Positions 10,547 to 20,292 of a DNA stretch of 64,000 nt are shown here, one piece after another. The DNA is from Candidatus Eiseniibacteriota bacterium. Its GTDB lineage: Bacteria > Eisenbacteria > RBG-16-71-46. The position numbers were made by a program, and so were the translations under genes. The DNA lies in assembly GCA_044223005.1 (NCBI GenBank), contig JBGAML010000003.1, positions 192,001 to 256,000 of the forward strand, in the 5' to 3' direction. The notes beneath the pieces are model-generated. The model was given only the letters and a program-made list of their open reading frames with translations, did not search any database and was not told the origin of the DNA. How positions within the stretch are numbered: position 1 is the first letter of the stretch; each line of letters starts with the position of its first letter.

Positions 10547-11115
10547 CGCGCACCGCCCTTCGCGGCCGCCGCCGCGCGCTTGGCCTGCGGTGCGGGCGCG
10601 AGCGTGGCCGGAGCCGGCCCGCTCGTGCCCGCGTCCCTCGGCTTCTCCTCCAGGTTTCGCGCCGGCGTCCCGGCCATCGCCGCGGTCTTGGGGGCGCGCG
10701 CGGCGGCCGGCGTGCCGGCGGGGGTCCGCGCGGTCGAGACGTCGGCGGGCTTCGCGGCGCTCGCGGTGGGCGCGGGTGGCGCGGTGTGCAGGCGGCGGTC
10801 GAGATCGCGCTTCACGAGCGCGGGGACGGGCGAGCGCGCCGCCGCGGGACGCGGCGCGGCGGGACCGGTCGTCGTGACCGGTGCGGCCTTGACGTGCGCC
10901 GGCGCCAACGTCGTGGCCGTGGCGCGCACCGCAGCGGCGAGCGCGGCCGCTTCCTTCTCGCGCTGGGCAGCGGAACGGGGCGGCGATTGGGCGGTCGTGA
11001 GCGCGGTCCGCGCCTCGGGTTCCTTCGGTGCGGTGCTCGCGCCGGACGCTGCCGGGGCGACGAGGGCGAACGCCAGGGCGGCGAACGCGGGGACGAACAT
11101 CCGATGACGGTTCAT
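10543..11115 (-). CDS. Secreted Ala/Pro/Thr-rich low-complexity protein
   Basis: GGAGG RBS, signal peptide, ATGA overlap with the downstream repeat protein. Confidence 0.7.
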   Translation of the reverse strand: MNRHRMFVPAFAALAFALVAPAASGASTAPKEPEARTALTTAQSPPRSAAQREKEAAALAAAVRATATTLAPAHVKAAPVTTTGPAAPRPAAARSPVPALVKRDLDRRLHTAPPAPTASAAKPADVSTARTPAGTPAAARAPKTAAMAGTPARNLEEKPRDAGTSGPAPATLAPAPQAKRAAAAAKGGAR

Positions 11116-11351
11116 GTCGACCTCCGGGAGGAAGGGAGTGGCGCTCTCCGTAGGGGTCAGCGCCGTGCCCCCCACTCACGAACACGGAATTCGCGCCCCG
11201 ACCCGGACACGCCCTTGCGCGCGATCGACAGGGCCTCACGCCGCGCCGATCCGTGTCGAGATCGTGGCTCCCCGCCGTGCGCGGGCCCGTTTCAGGCGTT
11301 GACGGGGCTCCGTGTTACATTCGCCGCCCTCGCCCCCGAAGGGAGCGGGTG

Positions 11352-11702
11352 ATGGGCATCGCGCAGGATCGCGGGCGGGCTGGGGAGTCCCTGGCCCTGG
11401 CGTACCTGGAACTGGTGGGGTGCCGGCCGATCGCGCGGAACGTGCGGTTGGCCGGGGTGGAAGTGGACGTGGTCGTGGGCGACGGGCCGACGCGCGTGCT
11501 GGTCGAGGTCCGGACCCGGACGCGCGGCGACTTCGGCGGCGCCGCGGCCACGGTCGACGGCCGCAAGCGCGAGCGGCTCGTGCGTGCCGCACTCGCACTC
11601 GCGCAGCAGGGAGCGGCCCACGTTCGCGTGGACGTCGTCGCCATCGACGTGAGGCCGGACGGGGTCGTGATCACGCATCATCGCAACGCCGTGACGGACT
11701 GA
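11352..11702 (+). CDS. yraN: YraN family protein (UPF0102)
   Basis: GRAGESLA..YL, ARNVR..EVDVV, LVEVRTR, RVDVVAI; usually next to rnhB. Confidence 0.92.
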   Translation: MGIAQDRGRAGESLALAYLELVGCRPIARNVRLAGVEVDVVVGDGPTRVLVEVRTRTRGDFGGAAATVDGRKRERLVRAALALAQQGAAHVRVDVVAIDVRPDGVVITHHRNAVTD

Positions 11703-11712
11703 CTGGAGCGAC

Positions 11713-13056
11713 ATGGTTCGACTGCCCCGCATCGGTCGACTGCGATTGCCGACGCTTTCCGACGCCCGCTGGCGCGCGCGGCTGCGCGCGCAGCGCGCGT
11801 GGTGGCGGCGCCGGCTCAAGGTGCTCGCGCGCGACCACGATGTGCTCTTCCCGGCCGCGGGCGGTGGCGTCGTCGCGGTCGAGACGCTGCAGGGCGGTGG
11901 TTCGGCGAGCGGTCCGCGCATCGCGATCCTGCACGCCACCGCCGGCAGCGGACATCGCAGCGCGGCGCAGGCCCTCGCGCGCGCTCTCGGCGATCTCTCA
12001 CCCGATGCTCTCGTGCGCGAGATGGACACGCTGGTGTTCGCGTCGCGCTTCTACCAGTCGACGTATGCGCAGGGTTACGACGCCATGGCCAAGCGCGCGC
12101 CGCGGCTCTGGGGCGCGCTCTACACGCTCTGGGAACAGCAGCCCGTTCATCGCAGCGCCGGGCCCGCGCGACTGGCGCTCGACCGGCTCTCGCTGCGGCG
12201 GCTCGTGCGCGTCGTCGAGCGCGAGGCGCCCGACGCGGTCGTGTGCACGCATTTCCTCCCGGTCGAGGCGCTCGCGCCCCGGCGCGGCCAGGGCCGCCTG
12301 CGTGTGCCGCTCTACTGCGTCATCACCGACTTCACCGCGCATCCGATGTGGGTGTACCCGCACGTCGACCGCTACTTCGTCGCCTCCGACGAGGTCGCCG
12401 CTGAACTGCACGGCCACGGCGTGCCCCGCGACCGCATCGAGGTGACGGGCATTCCCGTCGATCCGCGCTTCGCGCACGAGCTCGGGCGCGAGGCCGCGCG
12501 CACGCGCATGGGCCTCGATCCCGCGAAGCCCGTCGTGCTGGTGATGGGCGGCGGCAGCGGTGTCGGGCCGATGGCGGATCTCGCGAACCGGCTCGCCTCG
12601 ATCGACGCGGCGCCGCAGGTGGTGGTGGTTTGCGGCACCAACGTGCGCCTGCAGCGGCAGGTCGCGGCGCTGCCCGCGGCGCAGGCGGGCCAGGTGCACG
12701 CGCTCGGGTTCACGCAGGACGTCGACGTGTTGCTCGAGGCCGCGGACGCGGTTGTGAGCAAGGCCGGTGGCCTCACGTGCTCGGAGGCGCTCATCAAGCG
12801 CACGCCGCTCGTGGTGTTCCGGCCCACGCCCGGCCAGGAGGTGCGCAACGCGCAGTACCTCGAATCCGGCGGCGCCGCCGTGCACGTGGATTCGCCCGAG
12901 ATGGTCGCGGCGACCGTGATGCGCTGGCTCGCGGATCCCGCGGCGCTCGGCCGCGTGCGCGCCAATGCGGCGCGGCTCGCGCGCCCCGACGCGGCCGAGA
13001 CGATCGCGCGTCGCGTGCTGGCCGAGCTGCCGAACTCGGAACGCCGCGCGGGGTGA
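11713..13056 (+). CDS. MGDG synthase/UgtP-like diacylglycerol glycosyltransferase (GT28)
   Basis: AGSGHRSAA, VCTHFLP, VITDFTAH, TGIPV, MGGGSG, SKAGGLT, PGQEVRN. Confidence 0.88.
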   Translation: MVRLPRIGRLRLPTLSDARWRARLRAQRAWWRRRLKVLARDHDVLFPAAGGGVVAVETLQGGGSASGPRIAILHATAGSGHRSAAQALARALGDLSPDALVREMDTLVFASRFYQSTYAQGYDAMAKRAPRLWGALYTLWEQQPVHRSAGPARLALDRLSLRRLVRVVEREAPDAVVCTHFLPVEALAPRRGQGRLRVPLYCVITDFTAHPMWVYPHVDRYFVASDEVAAELHGHGVPRDRIEVTGIPVDPRFAHELGREAARTRMGLDPAKPVVLVMGGGSGVGPMADLANRLASIDAAPQVVVVCGTNVRLQRQVAALPAAQAGQVHALGFTQDVDVLLEAADAVVSKAGGLTCSEALIKRTPLVVFRPTPGQEVRNAQYLESGGAAVHVDSPEMVAATVMRWLADPAALGRVRANAARLARPDAAETIARRVLAELPNSERRAG

Positions 13057-13059
13057 CGT

Positions 13060-14622
13060 TCAGCGCGCGCGGACCTCGCGCGCGAACGCCTCGAGATCGT
13101 CCCAGCGCTCCTGCCACGTCGTGTACATGACCGCGTAGGCGCCGCGCGTGTTCTCGAGGATCGGCAGGATGCGCTGGATCTCGCCGGGTGGCCGGTCGTA
13201 GTAGCCGGCCCAGACCTGGCGGTGGCCGCGCAGCGCAAACCCGCGCAACGACGGCGCGGCACGCGCGCCGTTCCAGTTGACGACGTCGATCGCGCGCGGG
13301 AGCGCATCGCCCGCACCCGCGAGCCCGCCGCGCACGAGGTAGTAGTCCGGCACCGCGTTCTGCAGTGGGTCGAAGAGGTCGCCCCACACGCACATGCGCG
13401 CGTCGCCCGCCGCACCCGCGAGCGCACGCACATTCGCCGCCAGGATCTGCGCCGAGGGCAGCCCGCTCTCGAGGCAGGTCGAGTCCTGGCCCAGCGCGCG
13501 GATCTCGTCGTGCATGAGGAAGATCGTGCGCGCCCCGAACAGCTCGCGCGTGCGCTGCACCTCGTCGCGCTGCCGGGCGATCACGTTCGAGTCGGCGAGG
13601 CAGCACGCCACCTGGCCGCGCAGCAGCACGGCCGCCTGCCACCACGACGCACGCAGCTCGGTGCCGTCGGGGCGCCGCACGCGCGGCACCGGTGGCTCGT
13701 GCCACGTGTCGAAGCGCGCGCGACCGCGCCCGCGCCCGAGCAGCGTGTCCACGACCGCGTCGAAGTCCCGGCCCTCCGCGAGGCCGGCGAACCGGAACGC
13801 CATGCCCGGGCGGCGCACCATGTGGATGGGGCCGGTCTCCTCGATCCGCCACGAGGACCACGTCAGCGCGCCGCGCGAGGCGCGCGTGGAGCTGAACGTG
13901 ATCGTGACGCGCCGGTGCGCCTGCGAGTCGAACACGACGTCGCGCCACTCCGCGGAATCCGCCGCCGGAACCGCGACGCTCGCGAACGCGAGTTCCTTGC
14001 CATCGCCGGTGACGCGTACGCGGGGCTCGCCGCGGAACTCCTTCGCGGCGAGGCGCACCGATACGTGGTACGAGCGCCACGGCGCCACGTCGATCGTCCA
14101 GGCGACGCGCGTGGCGCCGCCCGGGACGCGCGCGACGCCCGGGGAGACGCGCACGCCGGCGTCGACGCGATCCGGCCGCGCCGCGAGCGCGACCGGCGGA
14201 TCGGCGACGAGGAACGCGCGGCCGCCGCGCACCACATAGCGCGCATCTCGCACGGGGAGCGCTTCGGCGAGGTTCGGGTCCGCGGCGAGCAGGCCGTCCT
14301 GCGCGCGGCCCGCGAGGCAGACGCCGGGCACGATCTCGAGCCGCAGCGAATCCGCGAGCGTACGCAGCCGGTGCGCGCGCGCGAGCCACGTGGAGTCCTG
14401 GTCGAGCGGCCGCGCGAACCGCGCATCGACGAGCACCACGCGCGAGTATCCGGCCGCCGCGGCGCGCGCCCAGAGCGGGCCGATCCGCGCGAACGCCGCG
14501 GAATCGGCGAGGCTCGTGCTCTGGTAGAACCAGAGCTCGAGCGGGGAGCGCGGCGTTCGGGGCGTGCACGCGAGCCCGAGGAGTGCGGCGGCGAGCGCGA
14601 GCCGCGCGGGGAGGGAGCGCAT
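13060..14622 (-). CDS. Lipoprotein, putative GH20-like glycoside hydrolase with inserted beta/CBM-like domain
   Basis: Lipobox GLAC; DPNLAE, FLMHDEIR (GH20-like DE pair), VWGDLFDP, VNWN, AGYYD, MYTTW; start uncertain. Confidence 0.55.
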   Translation of the reverse strand: MRSLPARLALAAALLGLACTPRTPRSPLELWFYQSTSLADSAAFARIGPLWARAAAAGYSRVVLVDARFARPLDQDSTWLARAHRLRTLADSLRLEIVPGVCLAGRAQDGLLAADPNLAEALPVRDARYVVRGGRAFLVADPPVALAARPDRVDAGVRVSPGVARVPGGATRVAWTIDVAPWRSYHVSVRLAAKEFRGEPRVRVTGDGKELAFASVAVPAADSAEWRDVVFDSQAHRRVTITFSSTRASRGALTWSSWRIEETGPIHMVRRPGMAFRFAGLAEGRDFDAVVDTLLGRGRGRARFDTWHEPPVPRVRRPDGTELRASWWQAAVLLRGQVACCLADSNVIARQRDEVQRTRELFGARTIFLMHDEIRALGQDSTCLESGLPSAQILAANVRALAGAAGDARMCVWGDLFDPLQNAVPDYYLVRGGLAGAGDALPRAIDVVNWNGARAAPSLRGFALRGHRQVWAGYYDRPPGEIQRILPILENTRGAYAVMYTTWQERWDDLEAFAREVRAR

Positions 14623-14755
14623 GCGCGCACGGTACTCCACGCGCGCACGTGGCGTCAGCATCGCCTCGCGGGATTCCGGGCGGTCGTGACGGCGCACGAC
14701 GGCTGTGGCAGGCTCGCGCCCTGCGTTCCCCCCGTCTCGTTCCGAGGAGCCCCAC

Positions 14756-15421
14756 ATGGCCCGCCTTCGCCCCCTGCTCGCCACGCTCGCGCTGCTCACC
14801 GCGCTCGCGCCCGCCGCCCATGCGGACGGCAAGGTCGAGCTCTACGGCCTGCGCATGGATCCCAATGTCCAGGACTCGAAGCAGTACAGCCGCCACGGTT
14901 GGGGAGGCGGCGTCGAACTGGTCGCGCCGCTGCCCACCGCGCAGAAGCTCTTCGCCGGCGTCGTCGGCGTCGAGGGCGTGAACCTGCTCGCGCAGACCGT
15001 GAAGTTCCAGGACGCGCTCACGGGCCTGCGCGTCGAGCAGCAGACGAGCCAGAACTACGGCCGTCTCTTCGCGGGCGTGCAGGTCGGCTCGCACAGCTCG
15101 GGTTTCCTGCGGCCCTACGTCGGCGCCAACGTCGCGGCGGTGTGGTACGAGATCCACACCGACGTCGTCGTGCCCGACGATTCGAATCGCGAGAACGAGA
15201 TCCGGCAGAACCTGAAGCGTCGCGACGAGGTCGCGTTCGGCTGGGATGCGAACGCCGGCGTCGACCTGAACTTCCGCAACCGCTGGAACATCGATGCCGG
15301 CGTGCGCGTGCTGCACGCGTACGGCGTGCCGCAGCAACTCGGCGACGGCGCGGTGACGATCCATCCCGGCTACGTGCAGTACCGGATCGGCGTCGGGATC
15401 GGGCTCGGCCTGCTCGACTGA
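14756..15421 (+). CDS. Outer membrane beta-barrel protein (OmpA/OmpW-like)
   Basis: GAGGAG RBS, signal peptide, amphipathic strands, RPYVGA motif. Confidence 0.8.
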   Translation: MARLRPLLATLALLTALAPAAHADGKVELYGLRMDPNVQDSKQYSRHGWGGGVELVAPLPTAQKLFAGVVGVEGVNLLAQTVKFQDALTGLRVEQQTSQNYGRLFAGVQVGSHSSGFLRPYVGANVAAVWYEIHTDVVVPDDSNRENEIRQNLKRRDEVAFGWDANAGVDLNFRNRWNIDAGVRVLHAYGVPQQLGDGAVTIHPGYVQYRIGVGIGLGLLD

Positions 15422-15445
15422 CGCGCGGCCCGGCCCGGAAAGCGA

Positions 15446-15475
15446 ATCGGCCGGTCTCCGTGGAGACCGGCCGAT
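15446..15475 (+). terminator. Hairpin after beta-barrel gene
   Basis: ATCGGCCGGTCTC / GAGACCGGCCGAT perfect stem. Confidence 0.55.
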
Positions 15476-15658
15476 CGATCGCCGCCGGGGGTGCGGGATG
15501 CATGCGGGCGAAAGCAGTGCCCGGCGGAAGACATGGGCGTTGATCGCGCGAAACGAGCGGGGAGGATGGACTCACGCGCGACGCGACGGGCTTCAGATGC
15601 CGCGCACGGCGAACGGGTTCGCATATTCTTCCTGCGGCCGCCGGCCACGCGGCCGTGC

Positions 15659-15688
15659 TTGACCGCCCGCGCGCCGCGCCGCTAGCGT
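15659..15688 (+). promoter_or_regulatory. sigma70-like promoter for meaB
   Basis: TTGACC-N18-TAGCGT; overlaps the ORF-track GTG, so the true start is probably downstream. Confidence 0.5.
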
Positions 15689-15755
15689 GACCGCGTCATC
15701 TCACTGGCCCGCAAAATCTTCGCCGCCTCCGGGCGGCCGACCTGGAGCCGCTCCC

Positions 15756-16700
15756 TTGCCGGAACTCGCCTCCCCGCAACTCCTCGAGGGCCTGCTCGCG
15801 GGCGGCCGCGTACCGTTGGCGCGGGCGATCTCGTGGGTCGAGAACGAGCACCCCGGCGCAGCCGAGGTGCTCGACACCTGCTTCGCGCGTTCGGGCCAGG
15901 CGTTCCGGATCGGCGTCACCGGCCCGCCCGGCGCGGGCAAGAGCACGCTCGTCACCAAGCTCGCGCTCGAGTACCGCGCGCGGGGCGAGACGGTCGCGAT
16001 CGTCGCCGTGGATCCGACGAGCCCGTTCTCCGGCGGCGCGCTGCTCGGCGATCGCGTGCGCATGAACGAACTCTCGGGTGATCCCGGCGTGTTCATCCGC
16101 TCCATGGCGACGCGCGGCAGCCTCGGCGGACTCGCCGTGCACACCGCGCAGGTGTGCGACGTGCTCGACGCCGCGGGTTTCCGCCGCATCCTCATCGAGA
16201 CGGTGGGCGTGGGGCAGAGCGAGCTCGAGGTCGCGCAGACGGCGGACACGACCGCGGTGGTGCTCGTGCCCGAATCGGGCGACGCCGTGCAGGCGATGAA
16301 GGCGGGACTCATGGAGATCGCGGACGTGTTCGTGATCAACAAGTCCGACCGCGACGGCGCCGAGCGCGCGGCGAGCGCGATCCGCCAGGCGCTCGAGCTG
16401 CGCGCGCCGACCAGCGCGTGGAACATCCCCGTCGAGCAGACCGTGGCCTCGATTGGCCGCGGCGTCGGCGTGCTCGCCGACCGCTTCGAGGAGCACCTCG
16501 TCTTCCTGCGCGAGACGGGCGCGCTCGAACGGCGCCGCCGGCAGCGGCTCGAGCAGCGGCTCGGCGAACTGCTGCGCGCGCGGCTCTGGGAGCGCTTCCG
16601 CGACGGGCTCCCCGCCGGCGCGTGGGACGAAGCGCTCGGCGCGCTGGCCACGCGCGCGCTCACCCCGCACCAGGCGGCGGCGAAGCTGCTGGGGCAGTAG
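15756..16700 (+). CDS. meaB: Methylmalonyl-CoA mutase-associated GTPase MeaB
   Basis: GVTGPPGAGKST, AVDPTSPFSGGALLGDRVRM, ETVGVGQSE, NKSD; TTG start with GGAG RBS. Confidence 0.95.
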   Translation: MPELASPQLLEGLLAGGRVPLARAISWVENEHPGAAEVLDTCFARSGQAFRIGVTGPPGAGKSTLVTKLALEYRARGETVAIVAVDPTSPFSGGALLGDRVRMNELSGDPGVFIRSMATRGSLGGLAVHTAQVCDVLDAAGFRRILIETVGVGQSELEVAQTADTTAVVLVPESGDAVQAMKAGLMEIADVFVINKSDRDGAERAASAIRQALELRAPTSAWNIPVEQTVASIGRGVGVLADRFEEHLVFLRETGALERRRRQRLEQRLGELLRARLWERFRDGLPAGAWDEALGALATRALTPHQAAAKLLGQ

Positions 16701-16868
16701 CGGACCGGGGAGGGCGGGCGCCGCGACGGGCCCGCGTTGTCCGGCCGGGGAACGGCGACTTCCGTCCGAGCGAACCGATTCTGGAGTGCTACAATTCCCT
16801 CCGAGCGAACGGCCCGGACCGTCCCCCCGCTGATGTCGATCGTCGTGCCTTACGACGGAGGTGGACGC

Positions 16869-18671
16869 ATGAACGCTTGCTTCGACGCACCTCGCAACTT
16901 GGCCTTCGCACTCCTGGCTGTCGCGGCCCTGGCCGCGTGTGTGGCCCGGCCAGCCTCGGCCGCATGGAGCTCCGCTCCGGCCGAGATTCATGCCACCACC
17001 GACATCTGCGCCCCGGTCAGTGCGTGCGCCGACGGAACGCACGGTGCCGTGGTCGTGTGGCAGCAGCAGACCGGGGGCACCATCGGCCCGATCCTCGCCC
17101 GACACGTGCTGTCGAGCGGTAATGTGGACCCCGCGTGGCCCGCGCCCGCGACAGTGTGCGCCACCGTCGCCGCGCGCGGCGCGCTCGGCGCGATCGCCGA
17201 CGATCTGGGCGGCGCGTACGTCTGGTGGACGTCGGGCGCCACGCTCTTGCTGACGCGCATCGGCCCCGACGGCGCGATCGCGGCCGGCTGGCCGGCGGCC
17301 GGGCGTGTGCTCGGCCAGCTTCCGAGCTCGAAGCACCGGCCCAACGTCACGACGGACGGGGCGCACGGCGTCTACCTGTCGTGGACGACGAACGAGTTCT
17401 CACTCACCAGCTCCTACCAGCTCGTGCTCGTGCATCTCGGGCCGGCGAACACGGCCGCGGGCGGCTTTCCCGCGAGCGGCCGGCGTGTGATCGGAGCGCC
17501 CGAGGACGACGCGGAGTGGGTCGGCTCGCACGCGATCGCGCCCGCGAGCGGCGGTGGTCTCTGGGTGCTCAAGGGCACCTCGATTCCCGACGTGGCGAGC
17601 TTCCTCGACGGCGAGTGGCGGCTCACGCGGCTCACGGCCGCGGGACTTCCCGCGGCAGGCTGGGACGCGCACGGAGTGGTGATCGGAACGTTCCCGGGCG
17701 CGCGACTCGACAGCGACTGGTCCGGCTGGATGAATCCCGTCTTCGACGGCTGCCTGCCGATGACCGGGCTCTCCGCGATCGCCGAGGACGGCGCGGGCGG
17801 CGTGTACGTGGAGCGTCATGAGCCAGTTCCGGATGCGACGCCGCTGCAGATGCAACCGCACCTGTATCGGCTCGATGCCGCGGGCTCGCCGTTCGCGGGC
17901 TGGCCCGCGGGCGGCGTGCTCTTCGACGCCGGCACGACGATGACGGCCGACTTCGGAGCCGACTTCTCGCTGCGCGCGCTGCCGGACGGGGCGGGAAACG
18001 TGTACGCAGGGCACATGCTCGGATACACCGACAGCGAGCCGCTGTTCGGCTACGCTCGCGTCTCGTCGGCGGCGATCGGGCTCGCGGGCGGCGTCTCCAC
18101 CCAGGCCGTGGGAGCCGATGCCGTGCTCCGCGGCGACGGCGGGCTCTTCCTGGCCGGATTCAATCCCCAGGGTCCCTGGCACCTGTACGCCGGGCCGGCG
18201 TTCGTCCAGGTCGTGCAGTCCGAGCCGGGACCGACCTGGGTCGAGTACCACAACGAGCAACTGACAGTCTTCTACGACGACGTCGCGATGGCGAGTACCG
18301 AGGACGGCGGCGCGATCCTGTTCTGGTCGCAGGAGAGCGTGCGGCACGGAATCTACGCGATGAAAGTGGACCTGCACGGCCCGGTGACGGGCGTGCCGGG
18401 CCCCACGCTCGCGGGGCCCTCGCGCCTCGCACTGCATTTCGGCGCGGGCCTCGGCGTCACCGCGTTCGCGACGTTCGCGGCGCCGGGACGAGTGCGGGCG
18501 CGGCTCCACGACCTGGCGGGGCGCATCGTCTCCGAATCGGAGTTCGTCGCGACCGCTGGTCCGCGCTCGTGGCTGTTGCCGGGAACCGCGTCGCTGCCCG
18601 CGGGGATCTACCTCGCGCGCATCGACCGTGGCGGGGAGTCTCTGCGCGCCAAGGTCGCGGTCGTTCGCTGA
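16869..18671 (+). CDS. Secreted GWP-repeat (probable beta-propeller) protein with T9SS-like CTD, paralogue 1
   Basis: Signal peptide, repeated DG.GG.YV.W...G...GWP..G; CTD HDLAGR..GIYLAR..KVAVVR. Confidence 0.75.
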   Translation: MNACFDAPRNLAFALLAVAALAACVARPASAAWSSAPAEIHATTDICAPVSACADGTHGAVVVWQQQTGGTIGPILARHVLSSGNVDPAWPAPATVCATVAARGALGAIADDLGGAYVWWTSGATLLLTRIGPDGAIAAGWPAAGRVLGQLPSSKHRPNVTTDGAHGVYLSWTTNEFSLTSSYQLVLVHLGPANTAAGGFPASGRRVIGAPEDDAEWVGSHAIAPASGGGLWVLKGTSIPDVASFLDGEWRLTRLTAAGLPAAGWDAHGVVIGTFPGARLDSDWSGWMNPVFDGCLPMTGLSAIAEDGAGGVYVERHEPVPDATPLQMQPHLYRLDAAGSPFAGWPAGGVLFDAGTTMTADFGADFSLRALPDGAGNVYAGHMLGYTDSEPLFGYARVSSAAIGLAGGVSTQAVGADAVLRGDGGLFLAGFNPQGPWHLYAGPAFVQVVQSEPGPTWVEYHNEQLTVFYDDVAMASTEDGGAILFWSQESVRHGIYAMKVDLHGPVTGVPGPTLAGPSRLALHFGAGLGVTAFATFAAPGRVRARLHDLAGRIVSESEFVATAGPRSWLLPGTASLPAGIYLARIDRGGESLRAKVAVVR

Positions 18672-18720
18672 TCGCGCGCTGCGGACGGTGTGGCGCGGCG
18701 AGCCGCCCCACACCGGTCCG

Positions 18721-20040
18721 TCACCCGGCGGCCGTCGCCTCCGCCCACGCGAGCGAATCCACGTAGGCGCGATCGAGCGCGCCGTCGTCGACCGCCACCG
18801 CCTGCTTCACCGCGTCCACGGTGGACCAGTCGCCGACCTGGTAGGCCGAGACCAGCTGCAGCGCCGGCCCCAGCGGCGTTTCGCCCGCCAGCAGCGCGGT
18901 GCGCACCCGCTCGGAGACCGCGAGGCCGCCGAGCACCTCGGCCAGCGGCCGGCCGATCATCGTGTCCACGAGCGAGAGCATGCCACCGAGGAAGAGTTCG
19001 CTCCCGTGCTCCTGCAGGCCGCTCTCGGGCGCGATGCGCTCGGCGAAGCGCGCGCGGCTGAGCGCGGTGAGCGAGAGTTCGTGGGGCTTGTCGTCGGCGA
19101 GCGAAAGCAGCCCCATCATCATCGCCCACTGCCGCAGCGGCCGCAGGCCGATCACGTTGAGCGCGTGGCGCAGCGATCCGATCTCGTGCCGCCAGCCGAA
19201 CGCGGCGGAGTTCAGGTAGCGGAGCAGGCGCACCGTGAGCGCCGGATCCGTGCGGAAGAGCTCCTCGAGCTTCTCGAACGACGCCTCCTCGCGGCTCACC
19301 TCGGCGAGGAACCGGATCGCCGAGAGCTTGGAGGGCGTCAGGTCGCGCGTCTGGATCATCTGCGGCTTGCAGAAGAAGTAGCCCTGGAAGAGGTGGTAGC
19401 CCGCGGCCATCGCGGCCCGATGCTCCTCGTGCGTCTCCACCTTCTCGGCCAGCAGCGTGAGCCGGCGCCGGTGGAGCGGCTCGAGCGCTCGCGTGTCGCA
19501 GACGTTCTTCCCGAGCTTGAAGTCCACCTTCACCAGGTCGACCACGTCGAGCAGCGGATCGGACGCGGGGGAGAAGGTGTAGTCGTCGAGCGCGAGCCGG
19601 TAGCCGTCGGCCTTGATCGCGCGGCACGCTTCGATCACCTCGCGGTCGGGCTCGATCGTCTCGAGCAGCTCCACGACCGCGCGCTCGGGCGGCAGCATGC
19701 GGTGGTAGCCGGCGAGCAGCGCGCGCCGCGTCATGTTCACGAACGCGCGACGGTCGCCGACGAGCGCATCGAGCCCGAACGCCGCCGCGCTCTGTTCGAT
19801 CGTGGCGGCCGAGGCCATCTCGACGTCGGTCCCCGGGTCGAACCGGTTCTCGGGTCCGCCGCGGAAGAGGATCTCGTAGCCCTCGAGCTTGGAGTCGCGC
19901 CCGAGGATCGGCTGGCGCGCCGCGTAGAGCGTGCGCACGTTCGGTGCGGGCGGCGCGTCGTCGGCCGCGGGCGTGGACTCGGGCGCGGGCGCGGCGTCGG
20001 TGTTCGCGGCGGCGCGGCGCTGCCAGGGCATGCGGAACAT
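18721..20040 (-). CDS. EAL + HDOD domain protein (YuxH/PdeH-like c-di-GMP phosphodiesterase)
   Basis: ARQPIL, YEILFR, FVN, ELLE, ALDDY, KVD, AEKVET, FQGYFF, then HDOD DPALTVRLLRYLNSA. Confidence 0.92.
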   Translation of the reverse strand: MFRMPWQRRAAANTDAAPAPESTPAADDAPPAPNVRTLYAARQPILGRDSKLEGYEILFRGGPENRFDPGTDVEMASAATIEQSAAAFGLDALVGDRRAFVNMTRRALLAGYHRMLPPERAVVELLETIEPDREVIEACRAIKADGYRLALDDYTFSPASDPLLDVVDLVKVDFKLGKNVCDTRALEPLHRRRLTLLAEKVETHEEHRAAMAAGYHLFQGYFFCKPQMIQTRDLTPSKLSAIRFLAEVSREEASFEKLEELFRTDPALTVRLLRYLNSAAFGWRHEIGSLRHALNVIGLRPLRQWAMMMGLLSLADDKPHELSLTALSRARFAERIAPESGLQEHGSELFLGGMLSLVDTMIGRPLAEVLGGLAVSERVRTALLAGETPLGPALQLVSAYQVGDWSTVDAVKQAVAVDDGALDRAYVDSLAWAEATAAG

Positions 20041-20292
20041 GGCGGACTCGCGGCCCCCTCGTGGACGGACACGGTCGCCGGGCCCCTCGCGACGCGTCCG
20101 GACCGCCCCAGGCCCCTCGCCGGGCGGTCATCAGGAAGGAGATCGGACGCGCGGGGGGGCGACTTGAGGAGAGCGTGCCGACCCGCTGTTCGCGGTTGGG
20201 CGCGGCCGCCGGAGATGGGAGAATCGACGGGTCTGGCCCGGGACCAGTCCCCTCCCGTCGTGCCGGCGGAACTGCACCGTGGGAGGTGCCTC

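Noticed and set aside
7742..11107. Very long antisense or alternate-frame ORFs (also 20131-24030, 25665-28946, 46264-49377, 53435-57337, 57466-60750)
   Set aside because: Arg/Ala/Pro-rich shadow ORFs caused by stop-codon scarcity at high GC; they overlap well-supported genes
11500..11523. YraN EVR instead of the nuclease EVK
   Set aside because: Arg at this position is common in YraN proteins, so it is not unusual
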